Assembly (NCBI GenBank): GCA_017387685.1
Contig: JAFOEU010000055.1
Span: forward strand, 89,989 to 153,988
Length of the DNA: 64,000 nucleotides
Direction of reading: 5' to 3'
Origin: Clostridia bacterium
GTDB lineage: Bacteria > Bacillota > Clostridia > Oscillospirales > CAG-272
The position numbers and the translations under genes were made by a program. The notes under the pieces are model-generated. The model was not told the DNA's origin and searched no databases. It was given only the letters and a program-made list of their open reading frames with translations. Shown piece after piece: positions 52,917-64,000 of the stretch (its first letter is position 1; every line of letters starts with the position of its first letter).

Positions 52917-53147
52917 GAGGAATAGAGGCACTTATTATTTAATAAATATCGAAGATTTTCGCCGAGGCGAAAATCAACCTTAACTTTGCCGCAGGCAAAT
53001 TATCACTCGAGCGAAGCGAGATTATCACTCCGCCGAAGGCGGATTATCACTCTCGCGTAAGCAAGATTATCACTCCGCCGCAAGGCGGATTATCACTCTC
53101 GCGTAAGCGAGATTATCACTCCGCCGCAAGGCGGATTATCACTAAAT

Positions 53148-53180
53148 AAAATCAACCGAGCCTCGGCTCGGTTGATTTTA
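53148..53180 (-). terminator. intrinsic terminator of ftsH
   Basis: AAAATCAACCGAGCC-TCGG-CTCGGTTGATTTT. Confidence 0.8.
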
Positions 53181-53181
53181 T

Positions 53182-55188
<2,007 letters not shown>

Positions 55189-55209
55189 ATGGGTGTGTAG
55201 CCTTTCGTA

Positions 55210-55758
55210 TTAGTTCGAGTATACTTCTTCTTTAAGCACTCCGATGAAGGGAAGAGTGCGGTATTTTTCATCGTAATCAAGACCGTAGCCGACGACGAAT
55301 TCATCGGGAATGATCTTACCGACGTAGTCGGGAGTGAAGTCAACGACGCGGCGGTCGGGCTTGTCGAGCATAGTGCAGGTTTTTACGCTTCTTGCGCCCG
55401 CAAGCTTGAGGTATTCAACGAGATAAGAGAGCGTACGTCCGCTGTCGATGATATCCTCGATAACGAGAATGTCGAGGTTGGCGAGATCTGAGCGATGGAG
55501 GTCGAGCATAATATTGATCTTACCCGAGGATGCGGTTCCGCTACCGTAGGAGGATACCTTCATAAAGTCGATCTCAACGGGACGCTCGATCTTCTTCATA
55601 AGATCGCCCATAAAGACGACGCTTCCCTTGAGGATGCAGAGGAGGAGGAGACCCTTTGAGCGGTCGGCGTAATCGCGGTCGATCTCTGCGGCGATGCGCG
55701 ATACGGTGGCGTCTATTTCAGCCTCGGAAACGAGGGTGTAAGCAATGTCGTTCTTCAT
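55210..55758 (-). CDS. hpt: hypoxanthine phosphoribosyltransferase
   Basis: PRPP loop ILVIEDIIDSGRTL. The gene sits between tilS and ftsH. Trimmed to the ATG at 55758. Confidence 0.88.
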   Translation of the reverse strand: MKNDIAYTLVSEAEIDATVSRIAAEIDRDYADRSKGLLLLCILKGSVVFMGDLMKKIERPVEIDFMKVSSYGSGTASSGKINIMLDLHRSDLANLDILVIEDIIDSGRTLSYLVEYLKLAGARSVKTCTMLDKPDRRVVDFTPDYVGKIIPDEFVVGYGLDYDEKYRTLPFIGVLKEEVYSN

Positions 55759-55774
55759 TTTTTCTCTCCTTATA

Positions 55775-56773
55775 TTATATATGTTTTTCGATTTCCGCAA
55801 TCACGCCCGCGGCGTATTCCGCAAAGCCGAGATCGTTCGGGTGGAGTCTGCCGTCCCAGAAGAATTCGGGACACTGCGGCATAAAGGGGCGGGCGTCGAT
55901 AACGGTAAATCCGTTTTTCTCTGCGACCTCTCTGATAAACTCGCAAGCCTCGTCGAGTGATCCCTCGTATTTCTGCTTGCCCGATTTTGCATCGGCGCGC
56001 CAGATGGGAAGGATGGCGAACTTCTTCGCATCGGGGTATGTGCGTCCCGCTTTTGCGAAAAATTCCTCACAGCGGGGATGGAAATAGGATTTCACGGTGC
56101 CCGACCAGTCGTTGGTTCCGTATGCGACGGTGACAACGTCGGGGCGGTATTCGGTGTCCTCAAGCACGATCTCGGGAACAAAACGCTCGCCGCCGATCGC
56201 CTGATTGACCGTGTATGCATCAAAATGAGAGGTGATGCGGTTAACGTAGGACTTTGAAGCAAATGCGGCATCATAGCCCTGAGTGATCGAGTCGCCGAAG
56301 CAGAGGAGCTTCATCTTGTAATTGATGGGGGTGAAGCTTGCGCCGTCGTCGAGCTCGATATTCGAGAGCCTTGCCGAGGCGAGATTGGGCAGCCAAAGGG
56401 TGATGCGGTGCTCCTTACCGTCGGGGACGATGTAATCGGAGACCTTCAGCGAGATGTGACCGCGCTTGATCCACGCTACTTCCTCACCGAGATGCTTGCG
56501 GATGATACCGTCGACGCAGACGTCGAAATAATAGTATGTGCGGCTTGAGCCGTAATCTGCAGAAAAATCGGCTTCAAATTTGTCCGAGTCGGTCATAAAG
56601 TCAAGTCTGATGCTCGAGGTTGCCTTCGATTTGAGGCGTAAGCCAGCAGAACCGCCGTTATAGTGCTCGCGGGCTTTTGCTTCAAAGCGGTGGAAGACGA
56701 ATTCGCCGCCCTCCTCGGTGATCTCAAGCGCACCCGCAGTTATCTTTTTTACGTCATCAAGTGTAAGCTTCAT
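55775..56773 (-). CDS. SGNH/GDSL hydrolase (carbohydrate esterase-like)
   Basis: Block I LLCFGDSITQG. Trimmed to the ATG at 56773, which has a GGAGG RBS. Confidence 0.7.
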   Translation of the reverse strand: MKLTLDDVKKITAGALEITEEGGEFVFHRFEAKAREHYNGGSAGLRLKSKATSSIRLDFMTDSDKFEADFSADYGSSRTYYYFDVCVDGIIRKHLGEEVAWIKRGHISLKVSDYIVPDGKEHRITLWLPNLASARLSNIELDDGASFTPINYKMKLLCFGDSITQGYDAAFASKSYVNRITSHFDAYTVNQAIGGERFVPEIVLEDTEYRPDVVTVAYGTNDWSGTVKSYFHPRCEEFFAKAGRTYPDAKKFAILPIWRADAKSGKQKYEGSLDEACEFIREVAEKNGFTVIDARPFMPQCPEFFWDGRLHPNDLGFAEYAAGVIAEIEKHI

Positions 56774-56786
56774 TTGAGCCTCCTGA

Positions 56787-58094
56787 TCAATCAAGAAAAT
56801 ATTGTAATGTTAAGGTGTTGCCTCGGTATCCGTCGGCAACGCCGAGGAAGGGAACCCAGACGATCTCGTCACCCGAGCAGATGACGGGGAGAGAATGGCG
56901 TTCGGAAAGCCCGATATGAGAGGCTTTTTCGGAGATCAGCTTTTTAACGCTTCGGTGCATACCGCCGATGAGGATGCGATCCCCCTCGCGCCGTGGGCGT
57001 GCGTGTAGCTGTCCTTTTATTTTATCAGCATTAATAAGAGCCGATGTTGATAAATTGTAAACATGCGCGGAAGTATTTGTCAATTCGCCGCTAACAAGAA
57101 TCAACTTTCCGTGAGGTAGCGTATTTTCGCCCTCGCGGAGAGCGATCTCCCGCCAATCGGGATAGGTCGCGGATGCTTTTTCTCTTGCGTCGGCACGGAA
57201 AACCATACGCCCGCCCGAATATTCTGCAATGACCGAGCCGGGGAGCGTTACCGCACCGCATTTTGCCTTTGCTATCTCGAGCATTTTTGAGACGTGGATC
57301 GCTTCGGGCGAAGCGCCCGCGCGGTAAGCTCCGAGAGCCACGGCGCGCGCCGCGATCGGTCGGGGAAGGGATGCGACAGTGTCGCAATCAAGCGGATCCG
57401 CATATTTTTGAGCCTCGGCATCGAGATATTCCGCATCGAGCCGCGCGGATTCGGTGAAGCGGAGAAAAGCCGAGAGAAATTCGGGATTGATCTCGCAAAG
57501 CTCGGGCAGGATATTCCTCCGCACGCGGTTGCGCGGATAAGAAACGTCCGAGTTGGTGGAATCCGTAACGAAAGCGAAGCCGTTTTCGCGGCAGAAGCAT
57601 ATAATTTCTTCCTTTTTATATATAAGCAAGGGTCTTTGCACCTCACCGAAGGCGAGAGGGCGCGCGGGCGCTATCCCGCAAGCACCCGAAAGAGTGCATC
57701 CACGAGTCAGCGAAAGAATGAGTGTTTCGGCGTTGTCATCCGCATTGTGTGCGGTGAGCAGAACGTCGATCGAGCCCTCGCGCATAACCTTTTCGAAAAA
57801 GGAATATCGCACGCGCCTTGCGGCTTCCTCAAGGCTCTCGCCCTCAGCCTTTGCCTCGGCGGGGACGTCTGCACGGAGGAGATGAAGCTTTACCGAATGC
57901 TTTTCGCAAAGCTCGCGGCAAAATGCCTCATCGCGGTCGGCTTCCTCGCCGCGGATGCCGTGGTTTATGTGCGCGGCTGAAAAGTCGTATCCACCGCCAC
58001 GCAAAAGGTGAAAAAGGCAGACCGAATCCGCGCCGCCCGATAGCCCGAGGAGATACTTTTTTCCCCGTTCGAGCGAGAGGGTGGGATATTTCAT
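56787..58094 (-). CDS. tilS: tRNA(Ile)-lysidine synthase
   Basis: PP-loop LGLSGGADS. The protein is 435 aa. Confidence 0.88.
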   Translation of the reverse strand: MKYPTLSLERGKKYLLGLSGGADSVCLFHLLRGGGYDFSAAHINHGIRGEEADRDEAFCRELCEKHSVKLHLLRADVPAEAKAEGESLEEAARRVRYSFFEKVMREGSIDVLLTAHNADDNAETLILSLTRGCTLSGACGIAPARPLAFGEVQRPLLIYKKEEIICFCRENGFAFVTDSTNSDVSYPRNRVRRNILPELCEINPEFLSAFLRFTESARLDAEYLDAEAQKYADPLDCDTVASLPRPIAARAVALGAYRAGASPEAIHVSKMLEIAKAKCGAVTLPGSVIAEYSGGRMVFRADAREKASATYPDWREIALREGENTLPHGKLILVSGELTNTSAHVYNLSTSALINADKIKGQLHARPRREGDRILIGGMHRSVKKLISEKASHIGLSERHSLPVICSGDEIVWVPFLGVADGYRGNTLTLQYFLD

Positions 58095-58097
58095 ATT

Positions 58098-59498
58098 TTA
58101 CATACCCGCAGGCGGCTCTGCGGGCAGGGGTGCGCCACCGCCGGGAGCTCCGCCGTCATCGCGTTTGTCGATAGAGTAGAAGGTGGTGTAGCGTCCGATC
58201 CAGTTGAGATAGACCGTACCCGTCGAGCCGTGACGGTTTTTCGCCACAATGATCTCGGCGACGGGAGTCTGATTCATATCTACCTTCTTTTTATCACCCG
58301 CATCCTGATAGTATTCGTCGCGGTAGATGAAGATAACGGTATCCGCGTCCTGCTCGATAGATCCCGATTCACGAAGGTCGGAGAGCATCGGTCGCTTCGA
58401 GGTGCGTCCCTCGGTACCTCTGGAGAGCTGTGAGCAGCAGATGATCGGAACGTGAAGCTCCTTTGCCATCAGCTTGAGGTTACGCGAGATGTCGGCAACC
58501 TCGTTTACACGGTTGTCGGTGTGCTTGTCGCCCTGCATAAGCTGAAGGTAGTCGATAACGACGAGACCGATCTTGCCCTCGCGGCGAAGCTTTGCCTTCA
58601 TACCCGACGCGGTGATGTTCGCGGTATCGTCGATGAGCACGTTTACGCCCGCGAGGTCAACGACCGAGTTTGCGAGCTTCTGCCAGTCCTCGGAGGAGAG
58701 GCGGCCGGTACGCATATTGTAGCTGTCTACCATCGCGTAGGATGAGAGCATACGCTGAACGAGCTGCTCGGCGGACATTTCGAGCGAGAAGATCGCGACC
58801 TTTTCCTTCGTTCTGCGCGCGTAGTTGAGCGCGATATTCAGACAGAAGGAGGTCTTACCCATACCGGGACGCGCACCGACGAGCACAAGGTCACTCTGGC
58901 CGATGCCCGCGAGGGTGGTGTCGAGGTCGCCGTAGCCCGTCTGAATACCGTCGAAGGCGTTCGGATCGTCGTAAAGGATCGAGAGATTGCGGAAGATCTG
59001 CTCGAGCATCGCGGTCATCGTGACGAAGCCGCGGCTGTCGCGTCCCATTGCGATCTCGGACATCTGTGCGGCGGCGTATTCGATAAGCTCGCCGACGTTT
59101 TCCTGCTCGGAATAAGCGCGTTCACTGATATTTCCGCAGGTCTCGATAAGACGGCGCATAAGGCTCTTTTCGATAACTATGCGCGCGTAATCCTTGATAT
59201 TGAGCGCGTTGGGAACCGCATCGGCGAGCGTTTTGAGGTAGACCTCTGCCTCGTCGCGGCGGTATACGTTATCCTTTTCGAGCACGTCGAGAAGCGTGAC
59301 GTGGTCGATGTCGTGGTTGAGGAGCGAGAGCTGCTTCATTGCCGCGTAGATCTGACGGTGCTCCGAAAGATGAAAATCCTCGGGGCGAACGGTATCCGAG
59401 ATCTGCGAGAGCGCGGGCGGGTCGATAAGGATCGAGCCGAGAAGCGCCTGCTCCGCAAGCATCGAAAAGGGAAGCTTTTTGATAATATCCTGATTCAT
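58098..59498 (-). CDS. dnaB: replicative DNA helicase
   Basis: Walker A GARPGMGKTSF and the N-terminal LPFSMLAEQALLGSIL region. The protein is 466 aa. Confidence 0.93.
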   Translation of the reverse strand: MNQDIIKKLPFSMLAEQALLGSILIDPPALSQISDTVRPEDFHLSEHRQIYAAMKQLSLLNHDIDHVTLLDVLEKDNVYRRDEAEVYLKTLADAVPNALNIKDYARIVIEKSLMRRLIETCGNISERAYSEQENVGELIEYAAAQMSEIAMGRDSRGFVTMTAMLEQIFRNLSILYDDPNAFDGIQTGYGDLDTTLAGIGQSDLVLVGARPGMGKTSFCLNIALNYARRTKEKVAIFSLEMSAEQLVQRMLSSYAMVDSYNMRTGRLSSEDWQKLANSVVDLAGVNVLIDDTANITASGMKAKLRREGKIGLVVIDYLQLMQGDKHTDNRVNEVADISRNLKLMAKELHVPIICCSQLSRGTEGRTSKRPMLSDLRESGSIEQDADTVIFIYRDEYYQDAGDKKKVDMNQTPVAEIIVAKNRHGSTGTVYLNWIGRYTTFYSIDKRDDGGAPGGGAPLPAEPPAGM

Positions 59499-59523
59499 TT
59501 TAAAGTCCCTTGAGTAATTTTAA

Positions 59524-59970
59524 TTACTTTTTGCAAACGAGGACGTTGATCTTGGCTACAACATCGGTGTAGAGCTTTGCCTCAACGGTATAGTTGCCGT
59601 AGGAGCGGATGGGATGCTCGAGGTTCATCTTGCGGCGGTCGATGTCGATGCCGTGCTGAGCCTTGAGCGCTTCGGCGATGTCCTTTGCGGTGATCGAGCC
59701 GTAGAGCTTTTCGTCAGCTCCGCAGGCTACGGGGATCTTTACGAGAACCTCGGCGAGCTTCGATGCGATCTCCTGCGCAGCTGCGCGCTCTGTCTCGATC
59801 TTATGAAGGCGGGAAGCCTCCTTGTTCTTTGCCTCATTGAGTGCCTTTGCGTCTGCGATGATAGCGAGCTTGCGCGCGAGAAGGAAGTTGCGCGCGTAGC
59901 CGTCGGAAACCTCGATGATGTCGCCCTTTTTGCCCTGAGCCTTTACGTCCTGTGTAAGAATTACTTTCAT
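59524..59970 (-). CDS. rplI: 50S ribosomal protein L9
   Basis: [30 protein letters not shown]. Confidence 0.95.
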   Translation of the reverse strand: MKVILTQDVKAQGKKGDIIEVSDGYARNFLLARKLAIIADAKALNEAKNKEASRLHKIETERAAAQEIASKLAEVLVKIPVACGADEKLYGSITAKDIAEALKAQHGIDIDRRKMNLEHPIRSYGNYTVEAKLYTDVVAKINVLVCKK

Positions 59971-60000
59971 TGTTTATATTCTCCTTGTGATGTTATTCAA

Positions 60001-62025
60001 TCAGTTATTCTCGCTGTCGAGATAGGTGTCGATGGCTTTCTTGAGCTTTTCGATCACCTCGCGAGAGGTTGCGTTCTTGAGTTGTGCTCCGGCGGAATCG
60101 TAATGTCCGCCACCGCCGAGCTTTTCAATAATGAGCTGTACGTTTATTCTGCCGTTTGAGCGCGCAGAGATGACTATCGAATCGTCGGTGCGGATAAGTA
60201 CGAACGATGCGTCGATATTTTGTATGGTAAGAAGTGTGTCTGCCGTCTTCGATGCCGCGATTCGGTCGTCCGAGCTTCCGTCGCTTTCGTGAACGGTTAT
60301 AGCGATTCGTTCGCGGTAAAGCCGAACCTCGCTTCCGAGCCTCGACTCGGTCATAAAGCTTTCGAGATCGGCAAAGAAGAAGGTCCGCGCGAATTCGGGA
60401 TCGGCACCCATACTGCGAAGGTAAAGCGCGGCTGAGAAGGTGCGCTCGGATGTGGTTCGTGTGAAATTCTTTGTGTCGAGCATAATGCCCGAGAGAAGCA
60501 GATTTGCCTCGTGGCGCGAGAGCTTGGCATTTCCCGCAGCCTCGCCCATAGCGGCGATCTCGATGATCTCGCTGACGAGCTCACTTGCCGAGGAGGCGGA
60601 GGGCTCGATGTAGGCAATGAGCGGCTCCCTGTCAAATTCCGCGATCTTGCGGTGGTGGTCTATAATGATTCTGTTGTAAACGCCGGATACGATCTCGGGA
60701 GCCTCAACGATGCTAAGGTTATTTACGTCAGAGAGGATGAGAAGTGTATCCGAGCGTATGAGATCGAGTCCGCGCGCTGTTCCGATAAAGATATCCTCGT
60801 ATTCGGGGTGTGCCTCGATAAGCTTTTCAGTCGACCGCTTGTAGTTGGAATTTTGCTTATCCATAACGATCTTGACGTTCTGATTGTAGCTGAGCGCGAG
60901 TCGCGCGATTCCGACCGCCGAGCCGATCGAGTCGAAGTCGGGGGTTCGGTGTCCCATTATCAGCACGTTGCCTGCTGAGGAGATATGCTCGATAAGCTTA
61001 TCCGTGATAACACGGGAGCGTATTTTGGTTCGTTTTTGCTTGATTTTTGTTTTTCCGCCGAAAAATTCGATTCCGCTTTCGGTACGTACCGCCGCTTGAT
61101 CGCCTCCGCGCTGAAGTGCGGTTTCAAGAGCCGCGAGAGCGTTTCTGTTTCGCTCCTCAAGGTCGGCGCCGGCGTTACTTACACCCATCGAAATAGTGAC
61201 CGACATTCCCCCGTCGCCGAAATGCACGTCACGAACGCGGTCGAGTATGTCAAAGTGGCTTTCAAGGCAATCGGAGAGACGGTTTTTGGGGAATACAGCG
61301 AGATATTTTTCTCGGTCATATTCACGAAGAAGACCGCCGATGGAGAGCACCCACTCGGAAATGATCTCCTCAACCTGTGCTGCTGCCTCTCGATATGAGC
61401 CTTTGACGTATTGGGTCAGATCCTCGAGGTTATCAACCGTGATATAAGCAAATACGGGGCTTTCCGAGTCGACCTTTTTCTCAAGTGCTTCGATTTCTGA
61501 GCGATCCTCGAGCGTGGTCATCCAATAATCGCGGTCGTGCGCCTCCATAAGGTAGGCGTAGGTATAGAACTTTTTATCGGAAACGGTAACGATCTTTCTG
61601 CCGGTTGCGGTGATGATCTCGCTCATCGGCACGCCCGAAATCACGGAAAAGTTCTTTCCCGAAAGCGCCATCTGGTTCGCGGCGCCACAGAGCTCAAGCA
61701 TTTTTTTGTTAGCCCAGAGGATCTTTCCCTCTGAGGTGGTCACCACGGAGGGGAAATCCACCTCGCGGACAACCTCACTGATAAGGTGCTCGAGTGATTT
61801 TGCCGTTTCCTCGGTTTTGATTTTTTTATGCGCGAGGTAAGCGAAATAGCAGATCAATACCTCAAATGCGAGAAAAACGATGATGAAAACGAGTGCGATC
61901 AGTATTACGGGTATCTCGGTAAGCGCCGCCGCAAGCAGGGCTACGATCAAAAGCACGAGACCCGTGCCCGCGCTCATCAGCGTCAGATCGAACGAGCTGA
62001 TATCGTAATGTTTGTTTGAAGACAT
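60001..62025 (-). CDS. gdpP: DHH/DHHA1 phosphodiesterase of the GdpP (YybT) type, cyclic-di-AMP phosphodiesterase
   Basis: Two N-terminal TM helices, a central degenerate GGDEF-like region, a DHH motif (IIIDHHR) and a GGGH motif. The yybS-gdpP-rplI-dnaB synteny supports the call. Confidence 0.85.
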   Translation of the reverse strand: MSSNKHYDISSFDLTLMSAGTGLVLLIVALLAAALTEIPVILIALVFIIVFLAFEVLICYFAYLAHKKIKTEETAKSLEHLISEVVREVDFPSVVTTSEGKILWANKKMLELCGAANQMALSGKNFSVISGVPMSEIITATGRKIVTVSDKKFYTYAYLMEAHDRDYWMTTLEDRSEIEALEKKVDSESPVFAYITVDNLEDLTQYVKGSYREAAAQVEEIISEWVLSIGGLLREYDREKYLAVFPKNRLSDCLESHFDILDRVRDVHFGDGGMSVTISMGVSNAGADLEERNRNALAALETALQRGGDQAAVRTESGIEFFGGKTKIKQKRTKIRSRVITDKLIEHISSAGNVLIMGHRTPDFDSIGSAVGIARLALSYNQNVKIVMDKQNSNYKRSTEKLIEAHPEYEDIFIGTARGLDLIRSDTLLILSDVNNLSIVEAPEIVSGVYNRIIIDHHRKIAEFDREPLIAYIEPSASSASELVSEIIEIAAMGEAAGNAKLSRHEANLLLSGIMLDTKNFTRTTSERTFSAALYLRSMGADPEFARTFFFADLESFMTESRLGSEVRLYRERIAITVHESDGSSDDRIAASKTADTLLTIQNIDASFVLIRTDDSIVISARSNGRINVQLIIEKLGGGGHYDSAGAQLKNATSREVIEKLKKAIDTYLDSENN

Positions 62026-62040
62026 CGGATGGTTGCTCCT

Positions 62041-63168
62041 TTATCTGTTGATTTTGGACTTGATCCTTTTTGCAAGCTCGGAATAGAAGGGCATCAGCGA
62101 TTTTGCCGTGCCGAGGGACATGAAAAATGCAAAGGCGAGGGAGGATGCGAGAATGAATATCATAGCGATTGCCGCGCCCGCGACCTTTCTGCGCGCGGGG
62201 AGGTGCGCGAAAAGCTTATTAGTAAGGAAGGAGTATGCAGTCTGCGTGCCGAGCACCGTAAAGGGAAGCGCGAGTGCAACGACAACGTTGTCGCAAACGG
62301 CGCCCCACATCTCAAATTTTCCGCCCTCAATAGAGAATGCCGCAGAAAGGAAAAAGCAGGCGAGAAATACGAAGCCGTTGATGGGCGAGATCGAGACGGT
62401 GCGCATCTCCTCGGGAATATCCTCGCTGAGGCCTGAGGAGTTGAGAAGCGATACGGTAAGCGTTGCAGCGAGAAAGCAGATCGCCGTTGCCGCGGTAAAG
62501 ATCAGCGCCGGAAGAATGTTGACGAGGTAAGCCGCGAGCATTTGAGCGGTTTCCTCCTCGATGATGTAGAATTGCTCGTTGATGCTCATATAGAGATCGG
62601 TGATGTATGTGCGCACACTCTCGCCGACAGCGGCAAGATCACCGCCGAGGCAGAGGAATATTACAACGCCGCAGGTTGAGAGAAGAACGGCGGAGATTCC
62701 CGCGGTCGATCCGATTCCGTAGCGCGGTAGCATAAGAGCAAGGAGAAAGCCGAACGCGACACAGGCGATCGCGATGAGGGCAATGGTAGGATTGAGCACG
62801 AATGCGCCGCAAGCATAGGCAACGACGGCTGCACCGAGGGCAAAATACCATTTGCCGATGAGGGTGAGGTAAGCGGTTGAGGCAACCGCAAAGATCGCGC
62901 CGACGTAGAGCGCGGGGAGGGAAAGACTTCCCGTTGCCATCAGCTCAAGGAGAGCGGGCAGAAGTATGCCGCAAACGGGCAGGATGTCGCGCGCGATCAT
63001 AAAAATGAGCGCGGAAGCAATGAAAAGTGCTATCCCGCAAAATACGGGGACCTCAAAAAAGAGAGGGGTGAGCGTGCATATAAGAATGGCAACCGAAAAG
63101 ATCAGCACAAGCGCCGTCTTCGGCTTGTAGCTGCCGAATATTCTGTTTTCGCTTTTTGTGTTTTGCAT
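62041..63168 (-). CDS. DUF2232 (YybS-like) membrane protein
   Basis: A polytopic 375-aa protein at the conserved position upstream of gdpP. Confidence 0.7.
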   Translation of the reverse strand: MQNTKSENRIFGSYKPKTALVLIFSVAILICTLTPLFFEVPVFCGIALFIASALIFMIARDILPVCGILLPALLELMATGSLSLPALYVGAIFAVASTAYLTLIGKWYFALGAAVVAYACGAFVLNPTIALIAIACVAFGFLLALMLPRYGIGSTAGISAVLLSTCGVVIFLCLGGDLAAVGESVRTYITDLYMSINEQFYIIEEETAQMLAAYLVNILPALIFTAATAICFLAATLTVSLLNSSGLSEDIPEEMRTVSISPINGFVFLACFFLSAAFSIEGGKFEMWGAVCDNVVVALALPFTVLGTQTAYSFLTNKLFAHLPARRKVAGAAIAMIFILASSLAFAFFMSLGTAKSLMPFYSELAKRIKSKINR

Positions 63169-63370
63169 AAGCGATATTACTCCGATTATATAATATTACA
63201 TTATAATATTGTATCATATTTTTTTATATTTGTAAATAGTAAAATATTGAATATGGAATGAATTTTGAGTGAAAGAGCGAATTTTATTACGATCATGCGA
63301 CATCCGACACAGGTTTTGCAAAAAAATTCGCGAAAATTTCTAAAATACAGGTATTTTTTTCGCAAACCTC

Positions 63371-63399
63371 TTGCATTTTTATAATTCTTGTGATATAAT
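63371..63399 (+). promoter_or_regulatory. sigma-A type promoter of the rimP operon
   Basis: TTGCAT, a 17-nt spacer, then TATAAT. Confidence 0.6.
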
Positions 63400-63422
63400 A
63401 TATATGTACGATTAGAGTGATT

Positions 63423-63456
63423 GAGAGTGGGCGCCAAGTCCACTCTCATTTTCTCG
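63423..63456 (+). promoter_or_regulatory. leader hairpin (possible attenuator) upstream of the rimP operon
   Basis: GAGAGTGG-GCGCCAAG-TCCACTCTC followed by ATTTTCTCG. Confidence 0.4.
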
Positions 63457-63483
63457 AATAGATATTTTTGTCGGAGGTGCGAA

Positions 63484-63786
63484 ATGAAACCTCAAAAGGC
63501 ACAAAAACCGCAGAAGCCGGGGAAGCCGATCGAGCCGCAGCCTATGCATCCCGCGCAGCCGCCGCAAAAGCCGCAGAAACCTCTGCGCCCACTCGTAAGC
63601 CTCCCCGAGCTCATCGCGGAGAATATCGAGAACAAAAAGCGTCTTAAAAAAGAGCTGAAGAATTTTAAGAAAACTCTTAAAAGAGAAGAAAAGACGGCGA
63701 AGGCAACCCTCAAATGGGTCAAGCGGGAAAAGAAAAATCTTAAAAAACTGAAAAAACAGAAGAAAAAAGAGAAAAAGAAGAAATGA
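63484..63786 (+). CDS. 100-aa low-complexity protein (Pro/Gln-rich N-terminus, Lys-rich C-terminus)
   Basis: RBS GGAGG. The sequence runs KPQKAQKPQKPGKP...KKLKKQKKKEKKKK. Its stop overlaps the rimP ATG. Confidence 0.45.
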   Translation: MKPQKAQKPQKPGKPIEPQPMHPAQPPQKPQKPLRPLVSLPELIAENIENKKRLKKELKNFKKTLKREEKTAKATLKWVKREKKNLKKLKKQKKKEKKKK

Positions 63787-64000
63787 AGAAAGAGCTTACG
63801 GGAGTTGCCGCGAGAGTTTACCCCCTGATCGAAAACACCGTGCGCGAGTGCGGCTGTGAGATCTGGGACCTTGAATTTGTCAAGGAAGGCGCGGACAGAA
63901 TACTCCGCATCACCATCGACACCGACCGCGAGGGCGGCATCGGCATTGAAGACTGCGAGCGCGTAAACCGCGCAGTCGATCCCATTCTCGACGAGACCGA
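63783..64000 (+). CDS. rimP: ribosome maturation factor RimP, N-terminal part (3' end outside the window)
   Basis: My own translation gives MKKELTGVAARVYPLIENTVRECGCEIWDLEFVKEGADRILRITIDTDREGGIGIEDCERVNRAVDPILDET. The frame is open to the window end, so it is absent from the ORF track. Confidence 0.8.
   Translation, partial: MKKELTGVAARVYPLIENTVRECGCEIWDLEFVKEGADRILRITIDTDREGGIGIEDCERVNRAVDPILDET

Larger units (their letters stand above)
52423..53143. repeat. largest foldback element: 4 left units, two inverted copies of the structured motif around an AT-rich centre, 7 right units
   Basis: Left words start at 52445, 52468, 52491 and 52513, with the junction hairpin at 52536-52565. The right junction hairpin is at 52954-52984. 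Right words ATTATCACT start at 52999, 53021, 53043, 53066, 53089, 53112 and 53135. Confidence 0.9.

Overview
This 64-kb window looks like chromosome from a spore-forming Firmicute, probably Clostridia. Supporting markers are spoIIR, the yybS-gdpP-rplI-dnaB block and the tilS-hpt-ftsH block. I call about 59 CDS. They are mostly housekeeping or carbohydrate and envelope functions: PFOR, serC-serA, tmk, araB, cysE, holA, fba, pepF, coaX, perR-rbr, ftsH, dnaB, rplI and rimP. I saw no rRNA, tRNA, CRISPR array, cas gene, transposase, integrase or phage gene. The unusual content is non-coding. Nearly every longer intergenic spacer carries a member of one modular repeat family. Each member has an array of short words, a conserved SD-like junction (AAGGTGAATTT), and then a hairpin whose stem sequence differs between copies. 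The words are either 7-nt heptamers or 21-23-bp 'word + mini-hairpin' units. Arms often occur as inverted pairs, giving a foldback-like architecture. These pairs enclose nothing, a bidirectional terminator, a ~100-nt structured motif (3 copies, with compensatory changes), or one to two genes. I count about 18 clear junction-hairpins by eye and cannot match the family to any described bacterial repeat. Other hidden items are listed below.
- A convergent type I toxin-antitoxin-like locus with a 29-aa ORF that is below the ORF-track cutoff.
- An apparently orphan mazF whose 3' end runs into a repeat array.
- Two paralogous structured 5' leaders with near-identical terminators.
- A MITE-like inverted repeat.
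- Two Fur-family operator boxes in front of perR-rbr.
All calls come from reading the sequence and from remembered family signatures. No searches were run.
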